Shown: positions 59,955 to 64,000 of the stretch, piece after piece
Layout of the letters: every line of letters begins with the position of its first letter
Position numbering within the stretch: position 1 is the first letter of the stretch
Source: Anolis carolinensis
Taxonomy: Eukaryota
Direction: 5' to 3'
DNA length: 64,000 nucleotides
Assembly (NCBI RefSeq): GCF_035594765.1
Contig: NC_085842.1
Coordinates: 243,671,747-243,735,746, forward strand
Notes under the pieces: model-generated
Database searches by the model: none
Seen by the model: only the letters and a program-made list of their open reading frames with translations
Told to the model about the DNA's origin: nothing
Position numbers and translations under genes: made by a program

Positions 59955-62029
59955 AAAGTAGTGTATGAAAAAGTAGTAGTAGTCTTCTTCCTCAAGGTCC
60001 TTGCTTCCAGTCCAGTAGATAAATACAACAAAGTCATATTGGGGCACACTGCTGTTTTGTGGGTGAGGTGTCCAGCAAAATATTGGGGTTCGGGGTGGGG
60101 AATGAAAGGTATTTAGAGACCTATATTCCAGAAACTGAAGAAATTTCCAAGCTTTTTTAAAATGAGACTGGAGTTTTGCTTCATCCTTTGTACCACTTTT
60201 TATTAAAGTCCTGCTTTAGGGGAAAGCAATATTCTGCTTTTCAATAGGAAAGCTGTAGAGCCCTCTTTAAAATTGTAGATAACTATATCTCATTTCCTCT
60301 TATATGGGACCCAAGATGTCCCATGTTTTTTGATCGCTGGAGGAGTTTTGAGGAGGAATTGCTTGTTCATTTCTTTAGAAAGGACAAATCCTTAATAAAC
60401 TTTTCTGTGGTTTGTATAGAGGCAGAAATGAATGCATTCTTTTCATTTTGTGAAGGGAAGCCAAATACTCAGTGCTTTGCACCTTCTTTTGAACTCTTGA
60501 TTCTTTTCTTTTGTAATCATAAAAGAATGTTAAGTTGTATGTAATTCATGTATAGTTACTCATATTGAGCTGCGGCCCCCATGGTCAATACAGTGCTCTC
60601 TGCTTCCAGATATAAAGGAGGGCTCCCTACTGTGAGAACTGGCCAAGCAGCGTCTATTGAGGCTGGAAAACATCCTTTGATGCAGTGTGCTAGAAAAGGG
60701 GTGGCAAAATATTCATGCAAGAACCAAATTCCGCTTCTAATTGCTCTTCTCCCTTTTGCTTTCCTAACAAGAATTTCTCTGTGTTCTATTGTTCTCATCG
60801 TGCTAAAAAGAGAGAAAAAGACAGGGAGGGCACTTGGCAGAAAGCAGCATTTGAAATCATGGCTCCTATCTGTTGAAACACGCACACAGTAATAACTCAT
60901 TTCCTATATCCTAAGCCATTTTTTCTTTTGTGGACAGGGAGAGGAAGTGTCACAGTTCTAGTGCCATTTGGTTTGTTTTTACACCTGACACACTGTTAGC
61001 TGAAAATGAACTTGGAGCAACAAGTGGGATTTTCAGTGCTTTTTCTTTTTCTCAGGAGACAGTTTATGTGATCTTGTTGTATATAGTAAAATAAGTGAAG
61101 AAATCTGAATGTATGTATTGCTTGGCCTTAAGCTACATGTAGCAATATGAGGAAAAGGTTGGAAATGGTGTGTTATATGGTAAATATAATATAGGGTATT
61201 AAATGTTTAAATCATGGTTTAAACAAGTGCCTACTTCAAGTCAAAAGTGTAAAATAAACACTTTCCTTCCTTAGCACAATGTTAAAAGCAACATATGAGG
61301 ATTATACACACAGTTTCCAGCCTGAAACAGTTTTGGGATTAAAAATTATGGCAGCTAGTTTTAAAGGGCTGTAGCTTGCCAGTTGAAAAGAGACTGCAAA
61401 GAAAAATATTGAAATGAGTTACCAAGGAGCTGGTGTTTGATGCAGGCAGAAACTTCTGTTACAGAAGAAGTAGGGCAAGGTCTGAGAGATTCATATGGAC
61501 ACTTTGCTTTCCTGGGTTGTTACCACAATAAAGCCAAAGAGGCGATAAGTGCAGAAGAAAAGAAAGAAGCAGTTAAATGGGGCCTTGGAGGATATCAATA
61601 GTGGCTTTGTTTCCTGACTAATGAAACGAAGCAGTTCCAGTTTTTTTTTTAAATAAAGGCTTTTGCAAATGTATCAAACAAGTTACCCTATGTCTGTGGG
61701 TTTCTATCCCTCCCCTGCTCAGTTCTTGCATTCTCTTGCCCAGACCTAACAATTACAGTGCAAACAGTTTACAATGGATTATTCAATAGACAAAGAGGTC
61801 AGTGTCTGAAAAATCCTCAGAATTAAGCAAAGAGGTTCCTTGTGGTGACTGTCCTAACTCACCAATGAGTTAAATGACTTAATACAGTTTATAACATCAT
61901 TTTAAGTAGAGCAGGGTGGTGTCAAAGTATATGCATGGAAGCTAGGATCACACGTACTTTGAAGACAACTCCTTTGGAAACTTGAGTTATGGTGATACAG
62001 TTTACAGATAAGTGTAATAAGCCTAAACA

Positions 62030-62310
62030 CCCTAAAGACACCAAACCCCATCTGACCTTGGAAGCTAAGCAGGGCCAGCCCTGGTTAGTAATTGGATGGG
62101 AAGCTGCCAAGAAAACGCAGTGATAGATTCATCTTAAGGTCGGCATAGTTCAGAAACGCCTTGAAGGAGCACACAACAACAAAAACAAAAGCTGTATTTA
62201 AGAAGAAGGAACTGGTAAAAATAACTTCTGAGTTTTCCTTGTCTAAGAAAATCCTGTGAACTTCATGGGGCCCCATATGTTGACAGACAACTCGACAGCA
62301 CACATGCACA
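62030..62310 (+). mobile_element. 5S rRNA-derived SINE (SINE3 type), interrupted
   Basis: tctgaccttggaagctaagcagggccagccctggttagtaattggatggg = 5S A/C boxes; same 3' body as the 10972 copy. Confidence 0.75.
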
Positions 62311-63717
62311 TTTATATGTTGAGCAAGACTTAGCTAGGATAATTTCTTTCAGGAAGAGGGAAACGTGAGAAAAATGTAATTTTGTTATGCAAAGAGCTGT
62401 TATGTATACAAGTGACATAATACATTTGTGGTGAATTAAAATTGTATTGATAAATCTAGGCCAAAAGATACAGAGCTATTTAAATGTAGAAATAAATGAC
62501 AAAGCATAGGGTGGTATTGAGGAGCAAATAAAAACTTCACAATTCTGTTATTGTGTTGAACTGGTTACATAGTAATACTGACTTGATTGGATTATATCCC
62601 AGCAGTGAATCTTTAAAAACAACTCAGATTATCCATGGTCCTAGAATTTTAAAAGAATTGAATAGTATAGAACTACAGAAGAAATATATGGAAAGTTCAG
62701 GCTGTATAATACTCTTGGCCTTGTATAATATGGAGTGTAATGCTAATTCCTGTTGGCATTGTGTTGTGACAAACCATCACTAGTTGTAATTGTTACGAAG
62801 CATGGAAAAAGTTTCTATTGGATTGTTCTAGTAGCAGAGATTAGAGAGTGAAACCATAATAATCACAAAGTACACAGGTGTTAAATGGTGATTTCATGAA
62901 CTCTTCTAGGCAGTGTGTACACAAATATAGAACTGTGACTGTAAGATGTATTTAGACCTGTGCTGTCTTCTGTTAAAACTGTATACTCTTCTGCAGTGAT
63001 TCCTAAACTCTAGTCCTCCTGTTGTTTTGGATTTCACTTCCCAGAACACTTAGCTGACTTGGCCAATGAGCCAGGATTCTGGGATCTGACATTCAAAATA
63101 CCTGGAAGACCAGACTTTGGGAAACACTGCTGTACTGGAGTCCTTACCACCTTCCAAGGATTTCAGTAGAGAAATGCAAATTATTTTAATGGTCCACATC
63201 CGCAAAATTATGTTGTAATTACACTTCACTTTATAGCTAACATTATTACTACATAGATATGTAAACAGTTTAATGTTGAGTCTGTTCTGTATTTGATATA
63301 CCATTAATGAGTAATAAGCATGTGTGTGTGTGTTGCTTTATCATGCTCACTTCTTACCTGACAGGTTGATATTTGTAGGCCAGACATGGACAAAGTTCAG
63401 CTCCTTAGTGTTGCTGAGCTACAGCTTCCAATGCTCATTGTGGGCAATGCTGTAACAAGAATTTTAGTTTGGAAACATCTGGAGTAATTCCCTTAACCAA
63501 TGTAAGGCTACATTATACCAAACCCTGCTGTAGAATTGTCATCAACTCAGAAATATATAACTACAAATATACAACTACAGCAACCCTGAAATATGTCTAT
63601 CTAGTCTTCGTGTAGAGATCTTCAAAGAGTCTATCTGATCAAGGCAGTCTCTTACTGCAATAGTTTCTGCAATAAATAAATTCTTTTGAACATTTAGGTG
63701 GAATGTCTTTGCTTGTA

Positions 63718-64000
63718 CCATATATACTCAAGTATAAGCCTTTTTGTGGCTGAAAATCCCCCCTTGGCTTATACTTGAGTGAGGGTGCTTACCGGCTTAT
63801 ATTCGGGTTGTCTTATACTCAAGTATATAAGTAATCAGAGTTGGACAGTCTTAGCTTATTAAAATGTTATTATTATCTTAAATTGTAGTTTTATGTAAAT
63901 ATTCAAAAACATTTAACATACTGATGCCTCAATTAATGTATCTACTTTTTATTTTTGATATTTACCAGAAGTTGCTTCATTTCCCACCCTTGTTTTATAC
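63718..64000. mobile_element. Same MITE family as 25696 (runs off window)
   Basis: ccatatatactcaagtataagcc... colinear with the 25696 copy. Confidence 0.8.

Noticed and set aside
62030-62125. 5S rRNA gene
   Set aside because: Too diverged, no T-run terminator, continues into a SINE body: a SINE3 head. Same for ~10972, ~37010 and ~44160.
52453-64000. TJP2 exon 2 (APGMEE...WEQ) or MKTAQ-type alternative exon
   Set aside because: Not found by eye; presumably beyond the window. ORFs at ~60556-60900 resemble no known protein.

Overview
Vertebrate genomic DNA from a squamate, most likely an Anolis lizard, judged by its repeats (Sauria SINE, AnolisSINE2-type, Penelope/Poseidon, BovB, CR1, L2, Vingi, many hAT/Tc1-mariner/Harbinger MITEs). 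The window spans the FXN-TJP2 interval. It holds the last coding exon of frataxin (2145-2298, +), then the 5' region of TJP2/ZO-2 on the same strand. That region has a candidate distal non-coding first exon (~13.2-13.5 kb), two coding exons of a long alternative N-terminus (32952-33064 and 42406-42526; MKYKKYITILEAAIGITPLNKRELLP...KRVRSHQ), and the CpG-island exon encoding MPVRGG... (52396-52452). TJP2 exon 2 (the PDZ1 start) is not seen in the window. These real exons are absent from the ORF track or appear only inside a longer spurious ORF; nearly all listed ORFs are repeat-derived or chance. The most notable non-genic signals are minimal hammerhead-ribozyme motifs in the Penelope termini, a consistent asymmetric inverted architecture of Penelope insertions, a head-to-head SINE pair inside one apparent TSD, a bipartite BovB, and a multi-layer TE nest with a 120-bp GC-rich palindrome just upstream of the TJP2 promoter. 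I see no evidence for a wholly new multi-gene system. Gene and TE family names come from recalled sequences, not from a database search.
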